This document shows, piece after piece, positions 8,883 to 17,674 of a stretch of DNA of 64,000 nt (position 1 is its first letter; each line of letters opens with the position of its first letter). The DNA is from Candidatus Wolfebacteria bacterium RIFCSPLOWO2_01_FULL_47_17b (lineage in GTDB: Bacteria > Patescibacteriota > Minisyncoccia > UBA6257 > JAGOQP01). The position numbers and the translations under genes were made by a program. The notes under the pieces are model-generated. The model made no database searches. It was not told where the DNA came from and saw only the letters and a program-made list of their open reading frames with translations. The DNA is taken from NCBI GenBank assembly GCA_001793865.1, contig MGIS01000023.1:60137-124136 (forward strand), in the 5' to 3' direction.

Positions 8883-9467
8883 TCAACTCTTTGAGAACAA
8901 CTGTTTATATCGAAAGCAGTCGACTGTGTGATCTTGTACCATCCCTACCGCCTGCATGTGCGCGTAGAGTACCGTGGGGCCAAGAAATTTAAACCCTCTC
9001 TTTTTCATATCTTCCGCCATAAATTCCGCCTCTTGTGTCTTTGTCGGATAATCTTTGAGTGATTTGATCTCGTGGATGATGGGCTTACCACTTACAAATT
9101 GCCACTGATACTTCGCGAAGTTTCCAAATTCCTTTTGCACATCCAAAAATCGCTGTGCGTTATTGATTGCCGCTTCAATCTTAAGCTTGTTGCGGATAAT
9201 GCCCGCGTCTTTCAGCATTCGCGCGACGTCTCTTTTCCCGAATTTTGATACTTCTTTCGGATCAAACCCCGCAAACGCCTTCTTGAAATTTTCTCGTTTG
9301 TGCAAAACCGTCCGCCACGAAAGTCCGGCTTGGAACGCTTCAAGTACCAAAAACTCGTATAGCTTTCTGTCATTATGCACGGGAACTCCCCACTCCTTGT
9401 CATGATACGCAATATAGAGCGGGTCATTTGCGGTCGGCCATGGACAACGTTTTAAGGATTTTTGCAT
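8883..9467 (-). CDS. tag: DNA-3-methyladenine glycosylase I
   Basis: RCPW, YHDKEWG, LEAFQAGLSW, IIRNKLKI, MQAVGMVQDH..C. Confidence 0.95.
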   Translation of the reverse strand: MQKSLKRCPWPTANDPLYIAYHDKEWGVPVHNDRKLYEFLVLEAFQAGLSWRTVLHKRENFKKAFAGFDPKEVSKFGKRDVARMLKDAGIIRNKLKIEAAINNAQRFLDVQKEFGNFAKYQWQFVSGKPIIHEIKSLKDYPTKTQEAEFMAEDMKKRGFKFLGPTVLYAHMQAVGMVQDHTVDCFRYKQLFSKS

Positions 9468-9613
9468 TGCGGTGTCTGTCTGAAAATATCCGAACGGAAC
9501 TGGCTGGGCTCGGCGGGCGGAATCCCCCCCAACCCCCCTTCCGCCCGCCTCGTCTTGAACCGGAGCGGAAAGGACGATTTCAAGTTTTTAGCGGGCGAAG
9601 CCCGCTAGCAAAA

Positions 9614-10507
9614 TCATGACTGATTTTGCTCTTTGGCGGCGAATTCTTGAGTAGATTTAGTTTTTGCTTTATGTCCCACTATAAAACCAACAACAAGACC
9701 AGAAATCAACGCCAAAATCCACCAGATATGAGTAGGGTTGTTTTTCTCTGTCGTTGTAGTTTCAGAAGGGACGCTATTCACTGCTTTACTACTATCTTGT
9801 GCAACAACTACTAAATTTCCTCTATATACTCCTGGTTCAGAAGAATAATTATAATATCCTACAAGGTTAGCATCTTGAAAGTTAATATCATCTAGAACGT
9901 ATATATCATCTTTAGTGTAGCCGCCCTCAAAGCAATCTCCAATGCGAGAAATTTCGAGAGTCATTTTATCGGTATCCGGTATGATATACCCCTTAAAAAC
10001 ATTTGGTTGGTCTTTGTAACAACCAATGAAATCAATCGCTCCCTTCTTTTGATTGTCTTGAAAAATTGTGGCTCTAAAATCCGCACTAGCATTATATTCA
10101 TCAAATCTATGCTCTCCAACATATTCAACAATAATGGAGATATTATTGTTAGTGAGGCTGATGATTGGCAGATTTTTTACATCAGGGTATTTAAAAGTAT
10201 CTTCAATAAACTGATTATAAGTCGCGGCTGAATTCTCATCTCTATAATAAGTTGATTCTATTTCATCACAGGACTTTACTTGTGTTCGCTCCTTTGTTGC
10301 CAAGTTTAATTTTTCGATGATAGGCGGACAACCCCTACCTCCTCCGTCATGCACTATGTAATAGAGGGAATTTTCTTTGGCGTTATGGGATATCCTATCA
10401 ATGGTAGTAGGTCCGCCAACAGTTGCAGAAACATTATTTGCCGCTGTCAACAAAAGTAGCGTAACGACAAATAGAATGTTAATTTTATTTATTGCCTTAA
10501 ATCTCAT
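9614..10507 (-). CDS. Hypothetical secreted protein with C-terminal membrane anchor (island cargo)
   Basis: Signal peptide, four Cys, C-terminal TM; AT-rich relative to flanks. Confidence 0.75.
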   Translation of the reverse strand: MRFKAINKINILFVVTLLLLTAANNVSATVGGPTTIDRISHNAKENSLYYIVHDGGGRGCPPIIEKLNLATKERTQVKSCDEIESTYYRDENSAATYNQFIEDTFKYPDVKNLPIISLTNNNISIIVEYVGEHRFDEYNASADFRATIFQDNQKKGAIDFIGCYKDQPNVFKGYIIPDTDKMTLEISRIGDCFEGGYTKDDIYVLDDINFQDANLVGYYNYSSEPGVYRGNLVVVAQDSSKAVNSVPSETTTTEKNNPTHIWWILALISGLVVGFIVGHKAKTKSTQEFAAKEQNQS

Positions 10508-10548
10508 AAATATATTTTACCATTAATAATTATTTCTAACAAAAACAT

Positions 10549-10746
10549 TTATTTCAATAAATCTTCAACGGAAACACCCAACGCCTTAGTAATTTTCGCT
10601 ATAACTTGGACACTTGGCTTTTGCACAAAATCTCCCTCGATTTTCGTGAGGGTGGTGTGTTTTACGCCGGACTTTCTCACTAAATCATCTTGCGTTAAGC
10701 CAAGTTTATTGCGGTATTTTTCGATATTTTCGCCGATTGTTGCCAT
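10549..10746 (-). CDS. XRE-family HTH regulator
   Basis: IGENIEKYRNKLGLTQDDL..TLTKIE..PSVQVIAKITKALGVSVEDL. Confidence 0.88.
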   Translation of the reverse strand: MATIGENIEKYRNKLGLTQDDLVRKSGVKHTTLTKIEGDFVQKPSVQVIAKITKALGVSVEDLLK

Positions 10747-10928
10747 AGTTTCAAAACTTTGATATCATCAAAGCATAAGATGCTTTCAAGATTATGATAT
10801 CAAAAAATTTCAATTCGGTAAAGAAAAGCCCGTTTTTGGCCTTACTGAATTCAAAACAGCTTGAAATTTCCCCGAAAAACGGCTGGCGAGCCCGCGTAGC
10901 GGGCGAGCCAATGACTTCATTTCCTAAC

Positions 10929-11030
10929 TGGCGAAAGGGGTGGGATTCGAACCCACGTAGGGCTTTTGGCCCTCAGCCGCATTTCCCCGCCCGAGGCGGG
11001 TGCGCCTAGGGCGCAGAGTACGGCGCGTTA
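10929..11030 (-). pseudogene. tRNA-Ser 3' fragment with 30-nt double-hairpin insertion in the anticodon loop
   Basis: TAACGCGCCGTA-CTC[30 nt]GAAA-TGCGG, long variable arm, GTGGGTTCGAATCCCAC, ..GCCA; 5' acceptor strand missing. Confidence 0.8.
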
Positions 11031-11039
11031 CACACAGAG

Positions 11040-11126
11040 CGGAGATGGGAGGATTCGAACCTCCGGTACCGTTTCCGGTACACCATATTTCGAGTATGGC
11101 ACATTCGACCACTCTGTCACATCTCC
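11040..11126 (-). tRNA. tRNA-Ser(CGA)
   Basis: GGAGATGTGACAGAGTGGTCGAATGTG-CCATA-CTCGAAA-TATGG, long variable arm, GGTTCGAATCC..CATCTCCG. Confidence 0.95.
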
Positions 11127-11146
11127 GCTCTGTGTATAACCAATTC

Positions 11147-11404
11147 TTAATTATCTTCAATAAAAGATCGCGGTAGATAATTTCTTCTTTCCCTGCCTTT
11201 GCCCGTTTTTAGGAATTTCTCTTCACTCACAGCATCTTGCTTATTAATAAATGTCTCATAATACACAAGCTTCCACGGAACGCCCCTAGAAGTAAACGGG
11301 ACTTCTCCATTATTGTGTTTTCTTACTCTATTTTGCAAATCTTTAGAGAATCCTACATAAAACTTTTTTAACTTCCAGCTATATAAAATGTAGACGTAAT
11401 ACAT
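11147..11404 (-). CDS. Small stand-alone GIY-YIG nuclease (UPF0213/SLX1-like)
   Basis: MYYVYILYS..FYVGFSKDLQNRVRKHNNG..PWKLVYYE..A..EKFLKTGKGR. Confidence 0.9.
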   Translation of the reverse strand: MYYVYILYSWKLKKFYVGFSKDLQNRVRKHNNGEVPFTSRGVPWKLVYYETFINKQDAVSEEKFLKTGKGRERRNYLPRSFIEDN

Positions 11405-11408
11405 AATT

Positions 11409-11480
11409 GCATTTCCCCGCCCGAGGCGGGTGCGCCTAGGGCGCAGAGTGTGGCGCGTTAGACCACTCTGCCAACCCTCC
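11409..11480 (-). pseudogene. tRNA-Ser 5' fragment with the same 30-nt insertion
   Basis: GGAGGGTTGGCAGAGTGGTCTAACGCGCCACA-CTC[30 nt]GAAATGC, truncated 4 nt before the GIY-YIG ATG; 52-bp direct repeat with 10979-11030 (2 mismatches). Confidence 0.8.
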
Positions 11481-11713
11481 TATTTTCCTTCTTTCATTTT
11501 TTCATATTTCTCCAGCGCTTCGGCAGGATCGTCTTCATAAAATATCGTCATTGCCGTAACGAGCACCTCGGTATTCACCCACCTGCCATTTACATTGATT
11601 TTTTCCTGCTTCGGAATAAATCGTTTTTTATCTCCAACCCCAATAATAATATGCTCCGAATCTTCGGACAATTCAACGTTTTCCTTATTCTCTTTTTTTG
11701 ACAATTTTTCCAT
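11480..11713 (-). CDS. Hypothetical protein
   Basis: 77-aa ORF between tRNA genes; no recognisable motif. Confidence 0.5.
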   Translation of the reverse strand: MEKLSKKENKENVELSEDSEHIIIGVGDKKRFIPKQEKINVNGRWVNTEVLVTAMTIFYEDDPAEALEKYEKMKEGK

Positions 11714-11714
11714 G

Positions 11715-11786
11715 TGTCCCCGGGAGGAATCGAACCTCCATCAAGAGCTTAGGAGTCTCCTATTCTATCCATTGAACTACGGGGAC
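11715..11786 (-). tRNA. tRNA-Arg(CCT)
   Basis: GTCCCCGTAGTTCAATGGATAGAATA..CTCCTAA..GGTTCGATTCCTCCCGGGGACA. Confidence 0.92.
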
Positions 11787-11836
11787 GATTGCTCTCAGAG
11801 CAAAGGTATTGTATGATTTTTCTTGCTAAAAGAAAA

Positions 11837-11907
11837 GGGCCCATAGTTTAACGGTAGAACATCTGGCTGGCAGTCAGATAGTTGGAGTTCGATTCTCCAT
11901 GGGTCCA
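11837..11907 (+). tRNA. tRNA-Ala(GGC)
   Basis: GGGCCCATAG..TCTGG-CTGGCAG-TCAGA..GTTCGATTC..TGGGTCCA; G3.U70 pair. Confidence 0.9.
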
Positions 11908-11987
11908 CACTTCGACAAGCTCAGTATGAACTTTTGTGTTCGCGGCATTCGCATATATTCGTGGATTCGTGTTATACTGGACTCATT

Positions 11988-13004
11988 ATGAGTCCAGACG
12001 AAAAGAAACGGACGCAGCTCATTCAGAAAGCCGCTAAAGCGGTTGTGTCTATTTCTGTTGCCGGCAGTCCCCAAAAAAACGGGTATGGGCGTGCTTCCAT
12101 GAAGCCTTCGTTTTTGGATCGGCTAAGCCAAAAGGCCATAGACGTTACCGAAGGGGGTGGATCCGGTTTTTTAGTGCATCTTTCAGGCATTATTGTCACG
12201 AATACCCACGTGATGCCACGTGACGCGGGCGCGTATACCGCTGCTACAAGCGACGGCAGGGCGTTCGATGCGAAGGTTATCGGCACTGACGAAGTGCACG
12301 ACGTGGCTTTTTTAAAGATCAACGATTCAGGAAAGCTTCCGTATCTCGCTCTTGGTGATTCGTCCAAACTTATGCTTGGTCAGTCGGTATACGCGATTGG
12401 AAATGTGCTTGGGTATTTCAAAAACACCGTATCGGCGGGCATCATATCCGGCCTTACCCGTTCCATTGAAGCGATGAATGAAGAAATAAAAGAAGAATTG
12501 CATGGGCTTATTCAGACCGACGCGGCAATAAACCCGGGCAACTCCGGCGGTCCTTTAATAGATTCAAGCGGTAAAGTAATTGGAATAAATTCCGCCGCCG
12601 TGCCGCACGCTGAAAATATCGCATTTGCCATTCCTATCCACGTAATAAAAGGAAACCTTTCGGATATATTAAAATACGGCAAGATACAGCGCGCATATTT
12701 GGGCGTTCGGCATATTTGTGTGAATGAACGCATACAGCGGGCATTCCATCTGCCCATCAATTACGGCATATGGGTTATGAGTCCCGCCAAACACAGTGGT
12801 GCGGTGCTTGCGGATAGCCCCGCCCAGAAAGCAGGCCTTCGGGAACGCGACATCATTGCCGAAATCAACGGCAAAAAACTCGGAGAGAATTTTACGCTTG
12901 AAGAGTTTTTGGAGGACGCAAAAGGAGGGCAGAAGATAGTATTGACCGTGCTTCGTGGCACAAAACGTCTTCAGCTCAAAACCACTCTTGTGGAAAAAAC
13001 CTGA
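11988..13004 (+). CDS. HtrA/DegP-family serine protease with PDZ domain
   Basis: GSGF, TNTHV, QTDAAINPGNSGGPL, PDZ motif SPAQKAGL. Confidence 0.93.
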   Translation: MSPDEKKRTQLIQKAAKAVVSISVAGSPQKNGYGRASMKPSFLDRLSQKAIDVTEGGGSGFLVHLSGIIVTNTHVMPRDAGAYTAATSDGRAFDAKVIGTDEVHDVAFLKINDSGKLPYLALGDSSKLMLGQSVYAIGNVLGYFKNTVSAGIISGLTRSIEAMNEEIKEELHGLIQTDAAINPGNSGGPLIDSSGKVIGINSAAVPHAENIAFAIPIHVIKGNLSDILKYGKIQRAYLGVRHICVNERIQRAFHLPINYGIWVMSPAKHSGAVLADSPAQKAGLRERDIIAEINGKKLGENFTLEEFLEDAKGGQKIVLTVLRGTKRLQLKTTLVEKT

Positions 13005-13129
13005 TTTGAAATTTTAAATTATAAATTTTACCCGCGCTACGCCGGAGGCTTCGGCGAGGCGAGAATTTTAAATCAATTTTAGAATTGATTTATAATTTAT
13101 AATTGAAAATTTATAATTTTTCATTGTGT

Positions 13130-15493
13130 TCACACAATGAAATTAATGATTTTATCCTGTACGAATATTGTTTTTTTGATTTCTTTACCGCTCAGATGTT
13201 TTGATATTTTCCCGTCTTTTTGCGCCGCTTTAGAAACCTCTTTTTCTGACACGCTCGCGGGCATCGTAATTATCTCCCGTGTCCTACCGTTTATCTGCAC
13301 CGCAATCGTAACCGTTTCGTCTTTCAAATATTTCTCATCCGCGACAGGCCATGGTTCTTTATGAATAGACGTCTTATGCCCGAGTTTTTCACGCCAGATT
13401 TCCTCAGTCATAAATGGAGCGAATGAGGCGAGAAGCTTGAGGAAGGTTTCGAAAATAGGGCCCACCTGAGGTTCAACCTCCCCAGACCGAGGTTGAACCT
13501 CGGTGCGCTCGATTTCGTTAAAAAGAATCATAAGCGCGGACACGGCGGTGTTAAATTTAAGAGATTCGATATCGTCGGTGACTTTGCGGATGGTTTTGTG
13601 GAGGATGGGAAGAATGGATTCCCGCCTCCGCGGGAATGACGAATTTTCATTCGCGGCATTCGCATTATGTATTTGCGGCATTCGCATTATGTTATCCGCG
13701 TATTTCCACACGCGTTTCAGAAAGCGTTCGGCACCTAATATCCCCTGCTCCGCCCATGGAATCGCTTCTTCAAACGGACCCATAAACATCTGATACACAC
13801 GATATGCGTCCGCGCCAAACTCCTCCACCATATCGTCGGGATTTACCACATTGCCGCGTGACTTAGACATTTTTTCCCCGTCAGGCCCAAGTATAAGACC
13901 GTGTGACGTTCGCTTTTTATACGGTTCAATGGTCGACACGATACCTATGTCGTAGAGAAATTTATGCCAAAAGCGCGAGTACAGCAGGTGTAATGTTGTG
14001 TGCTCCATGCCTCCGTTGTACCAGTCAACTGGGGTCCAGTATTCTAGATTTTTCTTGTCCGCAAGCGTACGGTCGTTATGCGGATCGGTGTAGCGCAGAT
14101 AATACCACGATGATCCCGCCCATTGCGGCATGGTATCTGTTTCCCGTTTTGCGTGGCCTCCACATTTTGGGCACGTCGTATTGACCCACTCCGAGATATC
14201 CGCCAAAGGCGAGTCTCCGGTTTCTGTGGTTGTATATTTTTCCACATCGGGGAGTTTGACGGGCAACTGCTCATCCGGCACCGCAACCCATCCGTCCTTT
14301 TCACAATGCACGAGCGGGATCGGCTCTCCCCAGTATCGTTGCCGAGAAAAAACCCAATCGCGAAGCTTGAACTGCACTTCCTTTTCTCCGCCCGTAAATT
14401 CTTTCTCAAATTCGCGGATTTCCAGTTTGTGCGTTTCGGCAAATTCTTTATCGCGTTCATCTCGGGCGGGTACCGCCATGATTGCACCTGTGCCGTAGGT
14501 CATCATTATATAATCGGCTATCCATATCGGAATTTGTTGTTGCGTGGCAGGATTCATTGCATACGCGCCTGTCCACGCGCCTGTTTTTTCTTTTGACTGC
14601 ATTCTGTCCAGTTCCGACTTCTGCGATGCCTCTTTTTGATATTTTTTAACCGCATCTTTCTGTTCGTCTGTAACTATTTCGCTCACAAGCGGGTGCTCGG
14701 GCGCAAGCACCATAAATGTTGCTCCATACAGCGTATCTGGCCGTGTTGTGAATACTTCGATCTCACTTGATAACTTTGTCCGCCAGCTGGCGGATTGAAC
14801 TTTAAACTTCAGCCGTGCTCCTTCGGAGCGGCCGATCCAATCCTGCTGTTGCTTTTTAACACGCGCCGGGTATTCAACCGTTTCCAAATCATCTAAGAGC
14901 CGCTGGGCGTAGGCGGTTATTTTGAGCATCCACTGTTCTCGCTCTTTTTGAATCACTACGCCGCCGCACCGCTCGCATACTCCTTGCACCACCTCCTCGT
15001 TCGCAAGCCCCACATTGCAGTTCGTGCACCAGTTCACGAACATTTTTTTCTTGTACGCAAGTCCGCGCTCGAACATCCGTAGAAATATCCATTGCGTCCA
15101 TTTGTAGTACGCGGGATCGGTTGTGTTCACTTCACGGGACCAATCGAATGAGAGTCCGAGGTCTTTCAGCTGCCTTCGGAATATCCGGATGTTCTCTTCG
15201 GTTGTTTGTTGGGGGTGTGTTCCTGTTTTAATAGCATAGTTTTCAGCAGGCAGACCAAACGCGTCCCACCCTATCGGATACAGGACGTTTTTGCCTTCCA
15301 TACGCTTTTTGCGCGCTACGATATCAAGCGCGGTATATGAGCGCGTATGGCCTACGTGTAAACCGGCGCCCGAGGGGTATGGAAACTCCACAAGGCAGTA
15401 GAATTTCTCTTTGAAAAAGTCCTCCGCGATACCCAGTTTTTCTTCTTCCCATACGCTTTTCCATTTTTGTTCGATTTGTTTAAAATCATTCAT
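13130..15493 (-). CDS. leuS: Leucyl-tRNA synthetase (with repeat-derived insertions)
   Basis: FPYPSGAGLHVGH, GWDAFGLPAEN, TTRPDT, SRQRYWG, KMSKS. Confidence 0.97.
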   Translation of the reverse strand: MNDFKQIEQKWKSVWEEEKLGIAEDFFKEKFYCLVEFPYPSGAGLHVGHTRSYTALDIVARKKRMEGKNVLYPIGWDAFGLPAENYAIKTGTHPQQTTEENIRIFRRQLKDLGLSFDWSREVNTTDPAYYKWTQWIFLRMFERGLAYKKKMFVNWCTNCNVGLANEEVVQGVCERCGGVVIQKEREQWMLKITAYAQRLLDDLETVEYPARVKKQQQDWIGRSEGARLKFKVQSASWRTKLSSEIEVFTTRPDTLYGATFMVLAPEHPLVSEIVTDEQKDAVKKYQKEASQKSELDRMQSKEKTGAWTGAYAMNPATQQQIPIWIADYIMMTYGTGAIMAVPARDERDKEFAETHKLEIREFEKEFTGGEKEVQFKLRDWVFSRQRYWGEPIPLVHCEKDGWVAVPDEQLPVKLPDVEKYTTTETGDSPLADISEWVNTTCPKCGGHAKRETDTMPQWAGSSWYYLRYTDPHNDRTLADKKNLEYWTPVDWYNGGMEHTTLHLLYSRFWHKFLYDIGIVSTIEPYKKRTSHGLILGPDGEKMSKSRGNVVNPDDMVEEFGADAYRVYQMFMGPFEEAIPWAEQGILGAERFLKRVWKYADNIMRMPQIHNANAANENSSFPRRRESILPILHKTIRKVTDDIESLKFNTAVSALMILFNEIERTEVQPRSGEVEPQVGPIFETFLKLLASFAPFMTEEIWREKLGHKTSIHKEPWPVADEKYLKDETVTIAVQINGRTREIITMPASVSEKEVSKAAQKDGKISKHLSGKEIKKTIFVQDKIINFIV

Positions 15494-15584
15494 AAAAAAT
15501 ATAATCCTAATCTACAAATCTATACAAATGCTTCAAATATTCGCGGCATTCGAATTCCACATTCGTATCATTCGCATTATATGT

Positions 15585-17087
15585 TTAAAAATCAAGATTT
15601 TTAAACTTGAACATGAGCCGGAACGATATGTGTGTTGCGTCCACCCGCTGGAAGCTGGAAAGCGGCAGGTCGATCTCCGTAACATACGGCAGTTGCGCGA
15701 GCCGATCCCGAAACGCGCTTACTTCACTTTCCGTTGCCGCAGTCCCCGTTACCGTCACTGGCATATTCCGCGCCTGCATATATATGCGGCTTATGACCAC
15801 GCTTGACCCCGTGCGGTCGAATATATCACGCATAAATGTCCCCCACTTCACCTGCTGATTTTTAATTTCAAGCGCTTTTGTAATGCTTGCGTTAAATATG
15901 CCTGCTTCTTTCGTGTAAAATTCATATTGCGCAAGGATCTGAGGGTCGTTGAAGGACGAAATTACCGTCTCGGCCGTATTCTGCACATGCGTATTGAGAA
16001 ATACGAACACCCCCAAAAATGCGGCGAGTATAATAACCGCCGCCCCCGAAAATATCCCCGTCCATAGCGACAAAAACGACGACGTAAGCATTTGCTGATA
16101 GAGTAATTCGGTTCCTTCAGGCGCGAGGCTGATCTGTGTATCCTGTGAACGCGGAGCGACGCCGCGCAGAGCGGCTCCCAATGCCACGAGCCATGCGCCT
16201 GCCTGTCCGGCAGGCAGACGGACCTGCCGTACCGGCACCGTAAAGTTCTCTTGCACGATCTTTGCAATTTCCTCGGAAGAGTTCTGAAGCGCCATGTACG
16301 CACATTCGAATTGCTCGTGGAATTTGTTTGTAAAAAAATTGCTTATTTGGTGGTATTCCCGTACGATAAAATTCCTCAGATCACCTTCCACGCTGTTCCA
16401 ATCGGAAAATCTTCCAAAATACGCCATTCCTTTCCGTACTATAACAAAACTTATGCCATCCGCCGCGTCCATGACAAGCAGATACGACTTCGCGGAGTCG
16501 AATGTCTTTTCAAGATGCCTGATGGTACGCACGGTCGATGCCGCTTTTTGTTCAACTGCCGTTATGAAAAAGCGTTCATCCGCGAATACTTTTACAAGTT
16601 CGTCAATAACTTTTTTTTCGATGAATGAGGCAAGTATTTCGGCTTCTCCGCTTTCCTCTTCCTGGCCGATACGCTCCCAATCGTAATACATTGTGCTCGA
16701 ATCCGAGGGCGATATGGTCTGCAGGTTGAGCTTCACGGCTTCATCAAACTCCGCTCGTTTGAGCGGCGGGAGCGAAAAACGCTGCGTATACACATTCTCA
16801 TCCGAAATTGAAACTACAACCGGGATGGTTTCTTTCTTCTTGTGAGTGATTTTTTGGCGAAGTTCCTGAATGCTTTTTATAAATTTTTCTCGCTGGAGAA
16901 TCTTTCCATTCTCCACAACCGCCTCTTCCAAACGCACTGATGCGCGTTCCCATGATCCATTTTTTTGATCAATCCGAAGAAACGCGAGCGATTGGTCGCT
17001 TATATCAATCCCCCCGATATGGAGCTGGGGCTGAAGAATATTTAGCCACCTAGCACGTTTCTTTCCTTTTGGCTTTGCTTCTCGCAT
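15585..17087 (-). CDS. Type IV pilus assembly PilM-PilN fusion-like protein
   Basis: N-terminal GIDISD actin-like motif, ALGAALRG, TM, PilN-like C-terminus; in pil cluster. Confidence 0.75.
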   Translation of the reverse strand: MREAKPKGKKRARWLNILQPQLHIGGIDISDQSLAFLRIDQKNGSWERASVRLEEAVVENGKILQREKFIKSIQELRQKITHKKKETIPVVVSISDENVYTQRFSLPPLKRAEFDEAVKLNLQTISPSDSSTMYYDWERIGQEEESGEAEILASFIEKKVIDELVKVFADERFFITAVEQKAASTVRTIRHLEKTFDSAKSYLLVMDAADGISFVIVRKGMAYFGRFSDWNSVEGDLRNFIVREYHQISNFFTNKFHEQFECAYMALQNSSEEIAKIVQENFTVPVRQVRLPAGQAGAWLVALGAALRGVAPRSQDTQISLAPEGTELLYQQMLTSSFLSLWTGIFSGAAVIILAAFLGVFVFLNTHVQNTAETVISSFNDPQILAQYEFYTKEAGIFNASITKALEIKNQQVKWGTFMRDIFDRTGSSVVISRIYMQARNMPVTVTGTAATESEVSAFRDRLAQLPYVTEIDLPLSSFQRVDATHISFRLMFKFKNLDF

Positions 17088-17173
17088 AATTCTAAGTATA
17101 GCAGATAACCGACGTATACCGTAGACCGAATACCGAATACCGCGATATACGCTATACGGTATTCGATATACGG

Positions 17174-17674
17174 CTAAATACCGCTTTCTACCACGCCTAT
17201 ATTTGAAATGGATCCGTTCTCATCGTCGATAAGCACCGTGCCGGTGATTTTTACGCGTTTCGGACCTGCCGATCCGGTTGAGGCGATGGTATAGAGCACA
17301 TGGGTTGCGTCGGGCAATGTGCGAGTTATTTGTACCGATACAGATCCTTCCGCTACCGAAATCGTATATGGATTCGGGTCTGGAACAAATGTTTTATCGC
17401 GTGATATGCGCAGCAGGACATCCTGTATGCCCGACCGGGCGGCGTATGTCGCTACATGGGATGCCTTCAGCCCAAGCCCCTGTTCCCCTGACAAAAATGC
17501 CGTTATGAGCCCAACCGCCGTTATTTCAACCAGAATAAAGGCGAGTATAAGAATGGTCATCAACGACACCGCGCCGCGGTTTCGTATTCCGTATTTCGTA
17601 TACCGTATACCGCACAGAAAACCCCGTATCTTTGATACGATATTCGGTATATGGTTCGCGGTATACAGTTTCAT
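17174..17674 (-). CDS. Minor pilin, PilX-like
   Basis: RG|AVSLMTILIL.., AARSGIQD motif; leader built from heptamer repeats. Confidence 0.7.
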   Translation of the reverse strand: MKLYTANHIPNIVSKIRGFLCGIRYTKYGIRNRGAVSLMTILILAFILVEITAVGLITAFLSGEQGLGLKASHVATYAARSGIQDVLLRISRDKTFVPDPNPYTISVAEGSVSVQITRTLPDATHVLYTIASTGSAGPKRVKITGTVLIDDENGSISNIGVVESGI

